Positions 46,591 through 57,124 of a DNA stretch of 64,000 bases are shown here, piece after piece. Positions within the stretch are counted from its first letter, which is position 1. Each line of letters begins with the position of its first letter. A model generated the notes under the pieces. That model searched no databases. It worked only from the letters and a program-made list of their open reading frames with translations, and had not been told where the DNA came from. A program made the translations under genes and the position numbers. This DNA comes from Deltaproteobacteria bacterium (GTDB lineage: Bacteria > Desulfobacterota > Syntrophia > Syntrophales > UBA2185): the NCBI GenBank assembly GCA_026388495.1, contig JAPLJQ010000408.1, positions 1,939 to 65,938 of the forward strand, written 5' to 3'.

Positions 46591-48429
46591 TCATTTATAT
46601 TGCCCAGGAAGTAACGCCCTGTATAGAATATCCCAGCCCAAAACGTTTTGCAGTCTGGGAATAGGTTTGGGACTGAGATTCTTATAAATAACGAGACCGT
46701 CTTCCTCATAGAGAAGCTTATTGTTTTTGTCACTCTCCACTTTGATCAGATATTCTCGCCAAGGCGGCAGGTTTTTATCAATGTAAAGCACTTCCTTGGT
46801 CTGAATGAAATAGTATTCGACGCCTTCCGGGTGGTATCCCAAATACCATGCCTTTTGACGGTTTGTTATGTATGCCTGTATGGATGCATCAATCCGATAG
46901 GCAACAGAAGCATCATAGGGCACATATTCCCTCATTTTTGACAATATATGATTGTATTGATTATTGACTGGTGGCGCCTTGATATAATTCAGGTTTATAT
47001 TATTTAGGGACACTATCCCATTCCCCAAAACTGCCCAGGGATAGTGGTAGGAAAACCATAAATTCATGGATGCAAAACCAGAAAAAAGAAGAAAAATAAT
47101 TACTGCGGTTTTCTCTTTGAACGTCCTATCGTTCTTCTTCCCATTTACCCATGGACTCCATATGCTTGTGAGAACCATAAAAGTACTGAGATATATGGGC
47201 ACAACCATATTTGCATTTCTGTGGGACGCAACATCATAGCTTCTGAACATGCCCATCACTGCGCCGACAACAGCAAATAGAAGAACGCCAATGAGAGGCC
47301 AATTCCACTTTTTATCCCTTTTTATTCCTAATATGGGAATAAAAGCGACAGTCAGCAGCAGTAGGAATATATATACCACGTGATGTAGGGCGGCCTGGAT
47401 AAATGATGAGAAATCAAGATCGAAAAAAATCTGCCTCATTGTACCTGTGGGCTGCCTCGACAGATCCCAAATACCTCGTAGGCTTTCCCTAATGATGGCC
47501 TTATCCCACAACATAACTAAAAGACCGATAACCGACGTTATTATGCCCTGCTTGGGAGCCCTAAAGAAAATGGCGATTATCACGCCAAGTGCCATTACGG
47601 AATATGTGTAAGGCATGTTGATAATTGCCAACAGGAACACAAAAATATAAAATAACATCCATCGTCGTGAAAATAATGAAGCAAAGACATAAGGATAAAT
47701 GGCATACGATATGACGTCAAAATGACCGTGCATTAGAATGGGTCGTTCAACCCAAGGCAATAGACAGAAGCCCATTGCTGCCACAAGAGCCATCGTTTTT
47801 GATCCATCGAGAGTGCGTGCTGCTAAATATATTCCAAATGATCCACACACAAGAACCAATATGACAACGGCAAATACATGCATTGGAGGGTTAGGGTATA
47901 GCCAATAAAGGGGAGGCAGCAACAGGTATGGCAGAATGTGTGGTACCGCAGAGAATGCCGACGCATAATAGTAAGGGTTACTGTGATAAAAAAGGACGTC
48001 GTTATATTTAACGGTATTTTCAGGTCCGAGTCCATTGCATATATTGTGCAGCAACTGGGCACAGTAAGCACCATTTCCATGGTTGTAATCATAAAGATAG
48101 GGATTCAAAAAAATATCCATCCCCAGCCAACCAATGACCAGCATGACAAACACACCCAAAATTAATTCGGCATGTGATTCAATAAACATGCGCCAAGGAT
48201 TCAATCTATCAAAGATAAACCGCCACCTGACCAGTACATAGTCTTTACAAAAATAGAAGCTCCAGAAAATTATAATAAAGGTAATCGCTGCCCCGATGAA
48301 TCTTATTCTGTCTATGAGGATCCAGGGAAGGATGAGAAAAAATAGAATCAGCGAAACAAAAAACAGTAAAATTGATATTCTCAGGAGAATTTTTTTTGTC
48401 AATATTTTTTGTATATGATCATCGTCCAT
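46591..48429 (-). CDS. polytopic membrane protein with C-terminal soluble domain (GT-C-like / DUF2079-like; possible polymerase or periplasmic glycosyltransferase)
   Basis: 612 aa; at least 12 hydrophobic segments over ~470 aa, then a ~130-aa hydrophilic tail; no motif recognised with certainty. Confidence 0.6.
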   Translation of the reverse strand: MDDDHIQKILTKKILLRISILLFFVSLILFFLILPWILIDRIRFIGAAITFIIIFWSFYFCKDYVLVRWRFIFDRLNPWRMFIESHAELILGVFVMLVIGWLGMDIFLNPYLYDYNHGNGAYCAQLLHNICNGLGPENTVKYNDVLFYHSNPYYYASAFSAVPHILPYLLLPPLYWLYPNPPMHVFAVVILVLVCGSFGIYLAARTLDGSKTMALVAAMGFCLLPWVERPILMHGHFDVISYAIYPYVFASLFSRRWMLFYIFVFLLAIINMPYTYSVMALGVIIAIFFRAPKQGIITSVIGLLVMLWDKAIIRESLRGIWDLSRQPTGTMRQIFFDLDFSSFIQAALHHVVYIFLLLLTVAFIPILGIKRDKKWNWPLIGVLLFAVVGAVMGMFRSYDVASHRNANMVVPIYLSTFMVLTSIWSPWVNGKKNDRTFKEKTAVIIFLLFSGFASMNLWFSYHYPWAVLGNGIVSLNNINLNYIKAPPVNNQYNHILSKMREYVPYDASVAYRIDASIQAYITNRQKAWYLGYHPEGVEYYFIQTKEVLYIDKNLPPWREYLIKVESDKNNKLLYEEDGLVIYKNLSPKPIPRLQNVLGWDILYRALLPGQYK

Positions 48430-48441
48430 TAGATGGTTGCC

Positions 48442-49065
48442 TTAAATACTATTTTTTGAACGGCATAATACCATTGTCCAAGGAGTGGGAGTAAGTACGT
48501 CCATAATGTCAAAATATGATGATAGCAACTTTAATAAACTTTTTTTTGACCAATGTTGAACGTGACCCGGCGTATTGCCAATGCTTGATACATATTTAAA
48601 ACGAATTAAATTTAGCATTCTCCAAAGTGGTTCTCGGGGTACGCTGACAATTAGAAACGGATTAGCTAATTGTTCCAAAATAGCCATTGCATTGTTCGGT
48701 TTTTGGAGATGTTCAAGAACTTCGGAACATAAAATCAATTTTGCCGAATCGCTCGGAGTCAAATCATAAATACTGGCAATCTTAAATTTAATATCTACCT
48801 TGGCTCTTCTCGCATTTTCTGATGCAATTTTGATGATTTTTTCCGAAAAGTCGCTGGCAACAACTTTTTTATTCTGTTTTGCCAAAGCAATGCTGAGATT
48901 CCCCTCCCCACATCCAACCTCATGTATCTCAGTTACGCCAGTCTTGGAAATCAAGGTATCAAGACAATCATGAAATCCTTTCATCATATACCTTACGACA
49001 GGATTCACTGATCCATATTTATCGTATACATTACCAGCGATTATACCGTCTTCTATGATGCTCAT
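48442..49065 (-). CDS. class I SAM-dependent methyltransferase
   Basis: 207 aa; IHEVGCGEGNLSIAL motif I; LILCSEVLEHL. Confidence 0.8.
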   Translation of the reverse strand: MSIIEDGIIAGNVYDKYGSVNPVVRYMMKGFHDCLDTLISKTGVTEIHEVGCGEGNLSIALAKQNKKVVASDFSEKIIKIASENARRAKVDIKFKIASIYDLTPSDSAKLILCSEVLEHLQKPNNAMAILEQLANPFLIVSVPREPLWRMLNLIRFKYVSSIGNTPGHVQHWSKKSLLKLLSSYFDIMDVLTPTPWTMVLCRSKNSI

Positions 49066-49116
49066 TGCTTATATCCGTCTTCAATGGCAAGGATTATCTC
49101 TTGATTTTGACTCATT

Positions 49117-50112
49117 TTAGCTCGCTTGCTTCCGTGCAATAATTCGCATGTTACTTGTTGGATGAAAAGACTTAGTTAAGACATCGATAACTGTAAAAAA
49201 CATCATGCAGGTTATATTTTTGTAGTTCATACGCTTGGTAATAGAGCGTGGCAATCCTTTCTGAATGAGTAAATTCCTGAATGAACTAGTCCAAAAATTA
49301 GGGCTGGGATTGTATTCAACTTTATCAATTAAAAACCCAAATCTTTGCAATGTTTTTTGAATTGTTTTGAGATTGAAGATTAAGAGATGACGTGGAACAT
49401 GGTATCCGCCCCAATGATGATGCCTAAATAAACTTGCATCCATGCCTTCGTCTGAAGGGGTTTCTATAAAAAGTGTCCCTTTATCTTTTAGTAATTTGTG
49501 GGTTTTTCTTAGTACTCCTGTCACATCAAATAGGTGTTCTATTACTTGGTTCATTACAATAACATCGAAAAATCCTTCTTGCCAATTAACGTTTTCAAAA
49601 TTTCCTTCTATCGCTTTGAAACCTGCTTTGCGAATATCCCTGATAATGTCTGGATTGAAATCATTACCATAAAGATCAATAGGCTTTGAACTTGCATTGC
49701 GAATCAAGGACAAAAGCGCGGGGCTACCACAGCCGACATCTAATATGCTTGGAGATTCCGAAAATTTAGGAATTAATTTTAGAATTCGATGGGCTTTTTG
49801 GGATTGCATGTAATTACGAGCTTTTCTAATGATCGGGTTGCGGATATTACTGAAATGATATGCTGAATACTCTTTGGGATATATTTTTGATATCTCTGAT
49901 AATCTCGGTCGTGGGTTTAAGTATAATAGATCACATGACTGGCAGCGTACCACTGCAAATGGAATATCTGTTGTAAAATAATCGTAATCGAACGTTTTGG
50001 TAACAATAACATAAAATGACTCTCCACAACCCGGACAATTAACGTCCTCGATTTCTATGGCTCGCCTTAAATACATTGCTTGTTTTTCATCACAGAGTGA
50101 TTCGGATTTCAT
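49117..50112 (-). CDS. class I SAM-dependent methyltransferase with N-terminal zinc ribbon
   Basis: 331 aa; CPGCGESF...CQSCDL then ILDVGCGSPALL; VIVMNQVIEHL. Confidence 0.8.
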   Translation of the reverse strand: MKSESLCDEKQAMYLRRAIEIEDVNCPGCGESFYVIVTKTFDYDYFTTDIPFAVVRCQSCDLLYLNPRPRLSEISKIYPKEYSAYHFSNIRNPIIRKARNYMQSQKAHRILKLIPKFSESPSILDVGCGSPALLSLIRNASSKPIDLYGNDFNPDIIRDIRKAGFKAIEGNFENVNWQEGFFDVIVMNQVIEHLFDVTGVLRKTHKLLKDKGTLFIETPSDEGMDASLFRHHHWGGYHVPRHLLIFNLKTIQKTLQRFGFLIDKVEYNPSPNFWTSSFRNLLIQKGLPRSITKRMNYKNITCMMFFTVIDVLTKSFHPTSNMRIIARKQAS

Positions 50113-50117
50113 GGTTT

Positions 50118-51218
50118 CTATTCATTAATTCTTTCTTTATGATATGTATTCAACAAGCTTTGTATATCCGGGTCGTTATAGCTTATAGGAAGTTTCTTAC
50201 CCTTATTTATTGAGATTTCAAGATAGGAGAGAAACTTTCTATCTTCGGCCGCTAAACACACAGGGGCATATTCCGAAAATGCTTTTACCTGACATCCACG
50301 TTTCCATATTATTTCCAATGGTTCTTCCAGTATATTTCCGAAGGATATTTGAATAAAAGGACATGGCAAAACATCACCATAAGGTGATATATAAATTTTC
50401 TCTTTAAGAGCCCCGCATCCTTCAACAAGCCAATTGGTTTGAAAATCTGTTCTGACATGTGGATTCTCGCGCATGATCCAGTTTAAATATTTCCTATCTG
50501 AATCATTTAACATAATATCGTAGTTTAATTCCCACGCGCCTACCGGGACAGCTAACGCACATGTAAGTACGGAATCGCATTCTTTTGCTAGATTGATCAT
50601 GCCACGAAAAACATTTGAGCCGATGTTATGTCTGCCGATCACAACACTCATCATGGGTTTTATACCAGATTCACCTATCATTTTAACAGTTCGAAGAGAT
50701 AGTGAAAAGGCATCTTTTAATTTTCTGCTTATTTTGTCATAGTCGGAAAAATCATATTCGTTAGGGACGGGACCAAATCCTACAGTGATACTATCAACAC
50801 CGATTTTTCTCAATTTATCGAAGAGCTCTTTTGATGCAACTGTACCATTCGTCTTTATAGAGATAAAATTTTCATTGGGATCAAGATTATGGATAACCTC
50901 TTCGAGGTCTTTATAAATTAATGGTTCGCCTCCTTGAACACCGAAAGTTAAAACACCCAAGGCTGAACATTGCTTTGCTACATCCCCCCACTCAGCTGGA
51001 TTAAGCCGTCTTCTCGAATCGTCCTTTAAAGACTCACAAGAACAATGCTCACATTGCATGTTACATCCATAGTGTACAATAATGTCAGCATATCTTAATC
51101 GTGGTTTACGACTAATAATAGTTGCTGCATAGCCCTTTACCGTCCTTGCTATGAGCTTTGGTTTCGGATGGTTCATCATGTATCTGGCATTAGTTAACAA
51201 ACTTTTATACTGAATCAT
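50118..51218 (-). CDS. radical SAM protein with SPASM/twitch-like C-terminal Cys cluster
   Basis: 366 aa; HYGCNMQCEHCS (CxxxCxxC); C-terminal CGALKEKIYISPYGDVLPCPF plus further Cys. Confidence 0.85.
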   Translation of the reverse strand: MIQYKSLLTNARYMMNHPKPKLIARTVKGYAATIISRKPRLRYADIIVHYGCNMQCEHCSCESLKDDSRRRLNPAEWGDVAKQCSALGVLTFGVQGGEPLIYKDLEEVIHNLDPNENFISIKTNGTVASKELFDKLRKIGVDSITVGFGPVPNEYDFSDYDKISRKLKDAFSLSLRTVKMIGESGIKPMMSVVIGRHNIGSNVFRGMINLAKECDSVLTCALAVPVGAWELNYDIMLNDSDRKYLNWIMRENPHVRTDFQTNWLVEGCGALKEKIYISPYGDVLPCPFIQISFGNILEEPLEIIWKRGCQVKAFSEYAPVCLAAEDRKFLSYLEISINKGKKLPISYNDPDIQSLLNTYHKERINE

Positions 51219-51266
51219 TTCTTAACTTCCTGACTGAAAAAGGTAACCTCTGAAAAAGAGTTTGTA

Positions 51267-52697
51267 TCATTTGTCTGGAAATAGTGACGCCTTAATAAAT
51301 CTTACCGCACCTCTGCTTATATCTCTGAACGCTTTATAATTATTTATTCTCCGCATGTATGTCAGTATCACCTGAGGTCTCAAATAGAATGATAAATTTG
51401 CATTACGTTGAAGTTTCGCTAACTCCTTCGGATCTCTCCCTTTCGGTGTATATATGGGAAGTCCCTTAGCATAACCTGACATGAGACTGAATCGCCGCCA
51501 ATCACTCAAATCAAGCGTTCCTTCTTCTTGCGCTATATCCCATAGCTTCGTCCCAGGAAAAGGTGTAGCCAGTGCAAATCTTACCTGATTTATGCCAAGC
51601 TCTTTTGCAAACTTAATTGTGCGCATGCTTTCTTCTCTTGTTTCAGTAGGCACACCCAAAATAAAGCTCGCACGTATGTCTATACCTGCTTTTTTCGTTG
51701 TTGCTATCGTTTCTCTTATTTGTTCAATTGTAATACCTTTATCTATTTTATCTAATAATCTCTGATTACCGGACTCAAGGCCATATGATATTATCTTACA
51801 ACCAGCTTTAGCCATTAGAAAAAGAAGTTCCTCATCAACACAATCGACACGGGCTTCCGCCCACCAGGACAATTTCGTGTTAAACTTTCTGTTTAAGAAT
51901 TCCCGGCAAAGCTCTTTTGCACGTTTCTTGTTCGCTGCAAAGTTGTCGTCTTGAACAAATAATTGCGTTACATTATAGTTTTTTATCAAGTTATCCACTT
52001 CTTCACAGACGCGCTCTATACTATGTGTTCTATACTTTCCTTTTGTTAAAAGGCGATTTGCACAGAAAATACAATTATATGGGCATCCCCGGGAAGTTAG
52101 AATTACTCCTACACGATCACCGGTTCTGGTGTCCGGACTTGTTTGATAACCTTCTTTCATTAAATCTTCTGCCGCAGGTGCAGGAAAATCATCGATGTTC
52201 TGAACTAACTCCCTGGGCATTCCTCCTGAAACCCCACCCTCTCTCGCACACATAATTCCGTTCACCGTCGCAGGATCTTTTCCAAATTTTAAGGCCTGAA
52301 CGAATTCATACATCGTTATTTCGCCTTCTCCAATGGCTACGTAGTCTATCGATTTCTCCTGCAGAAAATCATGCGGTCTAATTGTTGGGTGAATCCCCCC
52401 AACAATAATAACCTTATCCGGGAATTCCTTCTTTAGTAACTTTGACAACTCGATACAACTATGAACCAGAAAGGTAACGCACGTAATTCCAATCACATCT
52501 GGATTATAAGATTTTACAACCTCCTGAATTGATTCCTTTTCTATTTGAGAATCAAATATCTTAACATCAATATTATTACTTCTTAAATAAGACGCAATAT
52601 AAGTAAGTCCTATCGGTTGAAATACAAATGCTATCTTTGAAAGCTTACCCATATATCTTTGAATTTCATATGGTGGATTAATCAGCAAGATTTTCAT
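51267..52697 (-). CDS. B12-binding domain radical SAM protein
   Basis: 476 aa; N-terminal NPDVIGITCVT cobalamin-domain-like; SRGCPYNCIFCA. Confidence 0.9.
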   Translation of the reverse strand: MKILLINPPYEIQRYMGKLSKIAFVFQPIGLTYIASYLRSNNIDVKIFDSQIEKESIQEVVKSYNPDVIGITCVTFLVHSCIELSKLLKKEFPDKVIIVGGIHPTIRPHDFLQEKSIDYVAIGEGEITMYEFVQALKFGKDPATVNGIMCAREGGVSGGMPRELVQNIDDFPAPAAEDLMKEGYQTSPDTRTGDRVGVILTSRGCPYNCIFCANRLLTKGKYRTHSIERVCEEVDNLIKNYNVTQLFVQDDNFAANKKRAKELCREFLNRKFNTKLSWWAEARVDCVDEELLFLMAKAGCKIISYGLESGNQRLLDKIDKGITIEQIRETIATTKKAGIDIRASFILGVPTETREESMRTIKFAKELGINQVRFALATPFPGTKLWDIAQEEGTLDLSDWRRFSLMSGYAKGLPIYTPKGRDPKELAKLQRNANLSFYLRPQVILTYMRRINNYKAFRDISRGAVRFIKASLFPDK

Positions 52698-52712
52698 TCT
52701 GAAAGACTTTCC

Positions 52713-53279
52713 TCACTTACTTGGAGCGATTTTACCAACGGGTTTCAAGATAAAAAGTTGATTTGTGCCAAGAAGAAATCTCTCGTATTTAGAAACGCTG
52801 ACGTCCGCTTGGGACGCGATACCATTCATGTGACTCAGATCAATTAGTTTTTCATGCTGCTCGTTGGCAAGAGCGCTGAATAATCCCATTCGTGCACCCA
52901 GGTAATGTATAATATCTGCCATCGGATGAGGTGTTGTAATGACTATCCAACCATCCGGATTCAACATAACGCTCATCCGCCTAAGTATGTCCACGGGGTT
53001 TTTTATGTGCTCGATAACCGCAAGTAAAACGATGCTATCAAAGTGTTCACCCTCGGGTATGATTGTCTCAAACCTGAATCGGGGATATTTCATCCGTGCG
53101 ATATTAATAGAAGGACCATCGATATCCACACCGATGTAGTAATTCGGCGCACAAATTTCAACCAGAGACCCAATACCGCAACCATAATCCAGAATTTTTC
53201 CCCGTAAATACGGCGAGATCTTTTTTATTCTCTGCGTGCGTAACCACGGAGATAACAAACCAATCGATTGGTCAGCCAT
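52713..53279 (-). CDS. class I SAM-dependent methyltransferase
   Basis: ILDYGCGIGSLV motif I; IVLLAVIEHI; ATG at 53279 (the track start at 53294 is GTG). Confidence 0.8.
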   Translation of the reverse strand: MADQSIGLLSPWLRTQRIKKISPYLRGKILDYGCGIGSLVEICAPNYYIGVDIDGPSINIARMKYPRFRFETIIPEGEHFDSIVLLAVIEHIKNPVDILRRMSVMLNPDGWIVITTPHPMADIIHYLGARMGLFSALANEQHEKLIDLSHMNGIASQADVSVSKYERFLLGTNQLFILKPVGKIAPSK

Positions 53280-53336
53280 TGTACGATATCTCACCCAACT
53301 TGTTTTTTTCGAACTTCATGTTCCTTAAGAGATAGA

Positions 53337-54311
53337 TTATTCCCCCTTATAGTATCCGGTTTTTCTTAATCGATACTGGATGTCTTCCATCAACTTTCTG
53401 TTTACGGAGAGAAGATCGGCCAGAAATGCCACAAGTATAGTCTGAAAACCAATCCCGATCAGTATGGAGGCCAAAATAAGAGATTGGACATGTGCCGCAA
53501 TATCAGAACCTGTGACAAAGTGATAGATTAAATAATATAAGTATCTAAGTCCTATTAATAGACCAATTGAGAACGATACCAAACCAATGGTCATGAAAAA
53601 GCGAAAGGGTTGATAAACTACAAATATTCTGATGATAGTGAGTATTGAACGTTTCAAATATGCAGGGATGCTTTTTATCAGCCTCGAAGGCCGCAAATAC
53701 TTATTCGTTCTAATAGGCACCGATGTCACGGTCATATTTTTCTGGCCTGCTTGAATGATGGTTTCCAGTGTGTATGTGTATTCGTTAAAAACATTAAGAT
53801 GCATCGCAGCATCTCTACTTATGGCCCTAAATCCACTTGGAGCATCGGCAACATCCGTTTTGCTTACCAGCCTGACCACATAACTTCCAAATTTTTGAAG
53901 AATTCTTTTCATCGCGGAAAAATGCTTAACCTCATTTATAGGCCTGGCACCGATAACTATATCGGCTTTGCCTTCCAATATCGGTTTTACAAGTTTAGAA
54001 ATATCTCTAGCTTCATATTGATTGTCAGCATCTGTGTTCACAATGACATCAGCACCAAGCTTTAGGCATGTTTCCAGACCGACCATGAAAGCTGTTGCCA
54101 ATCCCTTATTTTTCGATAAACTTACCACATGATTCACACCGGAATTCTTGGCTACTGTTACTGTGTCATCGGTACAGCCATCATTAATAATCAACCATTC
54201 AACCGAATTAAATCCTTCTACCTCGCGCGGAAGCTCGCCGAGTGTTAGACTGATTGTTTCAGCCTCATTGTAACACGGTATTTGAATAATTAACTTCAAT
54301 GGTCCCTCCAT
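53337..54311 (-). CDS. GT2 polyprenyl-phosphate glycosyltransferase-like (ArnC/GtrB architecture)
   Basis: 324 aa; LIIQIPCYNEAETI, IINDGCTDDT, NTDADNQY; two C-terminal TM helices (FFMTIGLVSFSIGLLIGL, SLILASILIGIGFQTILVAFLADLL). Confidence 0.85.
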   Translation of the reverse strand: MEGPLKLIIQIPCYNEAETISLTLGELPREVEGFNSVEWLIINDGCTDDTVTVAKNSGVNHVVSLSKNKGLATAFMVGLETCLKLGADVIVNTDADNQYEARDISKLVKPILEGKADIVIGARPINEVKHFSAMKRILQKFGSYVVRLVSKTDVADAPSGFRAISRDAAMHLNVFNEYTYTLETIIQAGQKNMTVTSVPIRTNKYLRPSRLIKSIPAYLKRSILTIIRIFVVYQPFRFFMTIGLVSFSIGLLIGLRYLYYLIYHFVTGSDIAAHVQSLILASILIGIGFQTILVAFLADLLSVNRKLMEDIQYRLRKTGYYKGE

Positions 54312-54332
54312 TTAACAAAAAATCCATAAACT

Positions 54333-55940
54333 TTAGCACCTGCCATGAGATATAGCAGTCAGCCGATTACGGATTATCTGCACCAATAATTGCACATCGT
54401 TGCGTCTCAAGCCCAATATCTCCGGCTTAAAGTATACTGACGCAATAACTATCATCGTATATGTAATACCAGATAAAATAAAATCATATAACCCACCATC
54501 TACCAATAAATAATTCGCAGCAAGCGATGACATTGCAGCAAGACTCGTAAAAAAAAGGAGACATCCGATCTGGTGCACCAGATAATACAAATAGCTGAGA
54601 TGGAGCAATTTTGCATTAAAGTATAATTGCACATTGACAGCTACGACATTTATTACAAGCATTTTGATTGCCAATCCAGTGGCGCCGGCATTTAAACCAT
54701 ACTTATCAACGGGAGCGATCATGAAATAGGTAATAGGCAGGCTAACCAGCGAAAAGATTACGGAGATGTTCCTATATAGTTTGGTTCGCCCCGCGGCGTA
54801 AAAGAGAGAACTCGTCAATTGTCCGTACGTCTGATGAATAGGGTACATCGCCATGATGGCAACGGCCATCATGCTTCCCCGAAAGGGACTGCCCCCGATG
54901 ATGCGCACGACATTCTGCGCCTGAACCATGACGAAGCACGAAAAAAACGCAGCTACAGCATACAACATAGGGATATAACGATTAAAAAGCCGCCCCATTT
55001 CGTTCAGGTCGTTAGTGCCATGAAGGATTGAATATTCTCTCATCAACAGTGGCGTCATGGCACCGGTAAAAAGAAAACAGATGGCTCCTATCTGATAGGA
55101 TAGGCTGTAAAAGCCCTGTTGTACACTTCCTCCGTAGTATTGCAACAACCATCTGTCAAATATACCCTCTACTAATACGACTATAGCAATAACAAAGATC
55201 GGATGGCTATAATTAAAAAAATCCTTCAGGTAATTTTTTGCTTTTTCCCATGATAGCCTCAGGTTCTCTTTGGATAAGTGGATGTTTCTGCTGATTATTC
55301 CTATGAACGCAATTATTAGAAAAAAAAGGATAAAATAATGATAGAAAAAGAATTGGGTTAGGTAAAACTGATGGTATAAATAAAGTATAACAATAACCCC
55401 AAGGCCTAAAATCCTCTGAAGCATTCGCACCTTTTCTGCAGGTACCGTTATGCCATAAGCATCCGCAATATCTCCTAATATCTGAACAAACCAATTGAGA
55501 AGTCCCCAGCCTGCCGCCAGATAAACATAAACCAGACTCTGCCCCAGCCAGATCGTTTCATGTACACCAGAGAAATGTACTAACGCTACGAAACCAATAA
55601 CGAAAAGAAAAACAAAAGCGATATAATACAAATAAAAAGAGATTAAAGGGTATTCTCTGGGGCGGCGCGAAATGTTCGTATAGAAACAGGTGGAGGTTCC
55701 CATATCTAAAAAACCGACGACCTGGGTAAAAAAATTAGTAAGGAAATTAAAATCCCCATACACCTTGGGACCCAATCCCCGCGGAATTATCATTTGTGTG
55801 ATAATACTGATGATAAGACCGAGAAAACTGGAGTAAAGTTTAAAAAAATATCTTTTATTAAGAGAATCATTGTGTCCGAGGTTCCGATGAATATCGGGAT
55901 TATCGAAATTGCTGTCTTCGCCTTTACCGATAAACGTCAT
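54333..55940 (-). CDS. Wzx-like polysaccharide flippase (MOP superfamily)
   Basis: 535 aa, about 14 TM; N-terminal KLYSSFLGLIISIITQMIIPRGLGPKVYGDFNF typical of the polysaccharide biosynthesis protein family. Confidence 0.75.
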   Translation of the reverse strand: MTFIGKGEDSNFDNPDIHRNLGHNDSLNKRYFFKLYSSFLGLIISIITQMIIPRGLGPKVYGDFNFLTNFFTQVVGFLDMGTSTCFYTNISRRPREYPLISFYLYYIAFVFLFVIGFVALVHFSGVHETIWLGQSLVYVYLAAGWGLLNWFVQILGDIADAYGITVPAEKVRMLQRILGLGVIVILYLYHQFYLTQFFFYHYFILFFLIIAFIGIISRNIHLSKENLRLSWEKAKNYLKDFFNYSHPIFVIAIVVLVEGIFDRWLLQYYGGSVQQGFYSLSYQIGAICFLFTGAMTPLLMREYSILHGTNDLNEMGRLFNRYIPMLYAVAAFFSCFVMVQAQNVVRIIGGSPFRGSMMAVAIMAMYPIHQTYGQLTSSLFYAAGRTKLYRNISVIFSLVSLPITYFMIAPVDKYGLNAGATGLAIKMLVINVVAVNVQLYFNAKLLHLSYLYYLVHQIGCLLFFTSLAAMSSLAANYLLVDGGLYDFILSGITYTMIVIASVYFKPEILGLRRNDVQLLVQIIRNRLTAISHGRC

Positions 55941-57124
55941 TTAATATTTTTTATCCTGTTTGCCAGGATTTGCCAGGATTGTAATTCTTCCGTGCCATCT
56001 TTCTTAATATAGTCGTTTCTGTAAGCACGATATTTTTTTACATCCACATACAATTCTTTTTGCAGATTAAACTCAAAGTGATAATCTAGATTATGGACCT
56101 TTTTCCCGAAAAATCCTGCCATCCAGTCAGGCGTCGGATCTTCTGCCCAGCCTTCATTATATTTATCTGTCGTAACGATAATAATAGGTTTTTCATACAG
56201 AACAGCAAAATTGACGGCCGTACTCGTATGCAAAATCACAAAACCAGACGTTCTCACTAACTCCGATGTCTTACCACGTATGACAGGCCTGCCACCAAAA
56301 TAGTCAGGAAGGTCTTCATAGCGGGAACGTGGATGCGCGGCAATGAAGATTTTGAATCTGTTCTTACTTTCAAGATAATCGAAGAATCTGCAAAGCTTCG
56401 GATAATATTCATCCGGGGTTACAGGTGTACTGAGTCCACTGTAAGCATAGTCGGGATGAAAAGGAAGATATTCGTCAATAAAAACTCCCGTATTGATATC
56501 AACGGGTCCCAGCTTATCTGCTTCCGTTAAATAAGTATCGTAATCGTAACTATGCGCCCATACAACATTCGAGGTCGCCGTTACAGCCAATCCCGGCGTC
56601 CCGTATTTCTCGCCGCGAGCTAATATATAATCGGCAGGTTTCACATTTAACATTTGATATGGAATTAAATATAATATGCTATTTATCAAGCCACTCAAAT
56701 TCAATTGTTTAAACTTATTAGAAATACTCTCTGAAAACACAACCTTCGAACGGTCAACTCTCGGAAGTGCCATCGCATCAACAGAATATTTAATATTTTG
56801 CTTGGAAAACATTCTGTGAATACTGAGGGAGTAAAAAGCGTAATGAATTAAAGATACAACGAAGCAGGTATCGTCCAACCTCGCAACTGCAGTGATCGCT
56901 TCTTTTTTGGTTTGGAATAAGCGCCAGTTGTCACAATTGAAGACCGGCGGCTTCACTGTGCTTTTATATTCACCCGAAGCAATAAAAGGCGTAAAGTCCC
57001 ATACCTCAACGTCAAATCCATTATCCTTAAAAGTTTTGACACCAAATCGTCGATAGTCGCTTTCGTTGAAATATGCCTCGACGAAATAGACAATCTTGCT
57101 AATGGGGAATGATTTATTAATCAT
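55937..57124 (-). CDS. hypothetical protein, putative GT-B-like transferase with HP motif
   Basis: 395 aa from MINKSFPISKIVYF; C-terminal IFIAAHPRSRYED...TSELVRTSGFVILHTSTAVNFAVLYEKPIIIVT parallels the C-terminus of the 38111-39901 product. Confidence 0.5.
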   Translation of the reverse strand: MINKSFPISKIVYFVEAYFNESDYRRFGVKTFKDNGFDVEVWDFTPFIASGEYKSTVKPPVFNCDNWRLFQTKKEAITAVARLDDTCFVVSLIHYAFYSLSIHRMFSKQNIKYSVDAMALPRVDRSKVVFSESISNKFKQLNLSGLINSILYLIPYQMLNVKPADYILARGEKYGTPGLAVTATSNVVWAHSYDYDTYLTEADKLGPVDINTGVFIDEYLPFHPDYAYSGLSTPVTPDEYYPKLCRFFDYLESKNRFKIFIAAHPRSRYEDLPDYFGGRPVIRGKTSELVRTSGFVILHTSTAVNFAVLYEKPIIIVTTDKYNEGWAEDPTPDWMAGFFGKKVHNLDYHFEFNLQKELYVDVKKYRAYRNDYIKKDGTEELQSWQILANRIKNIK

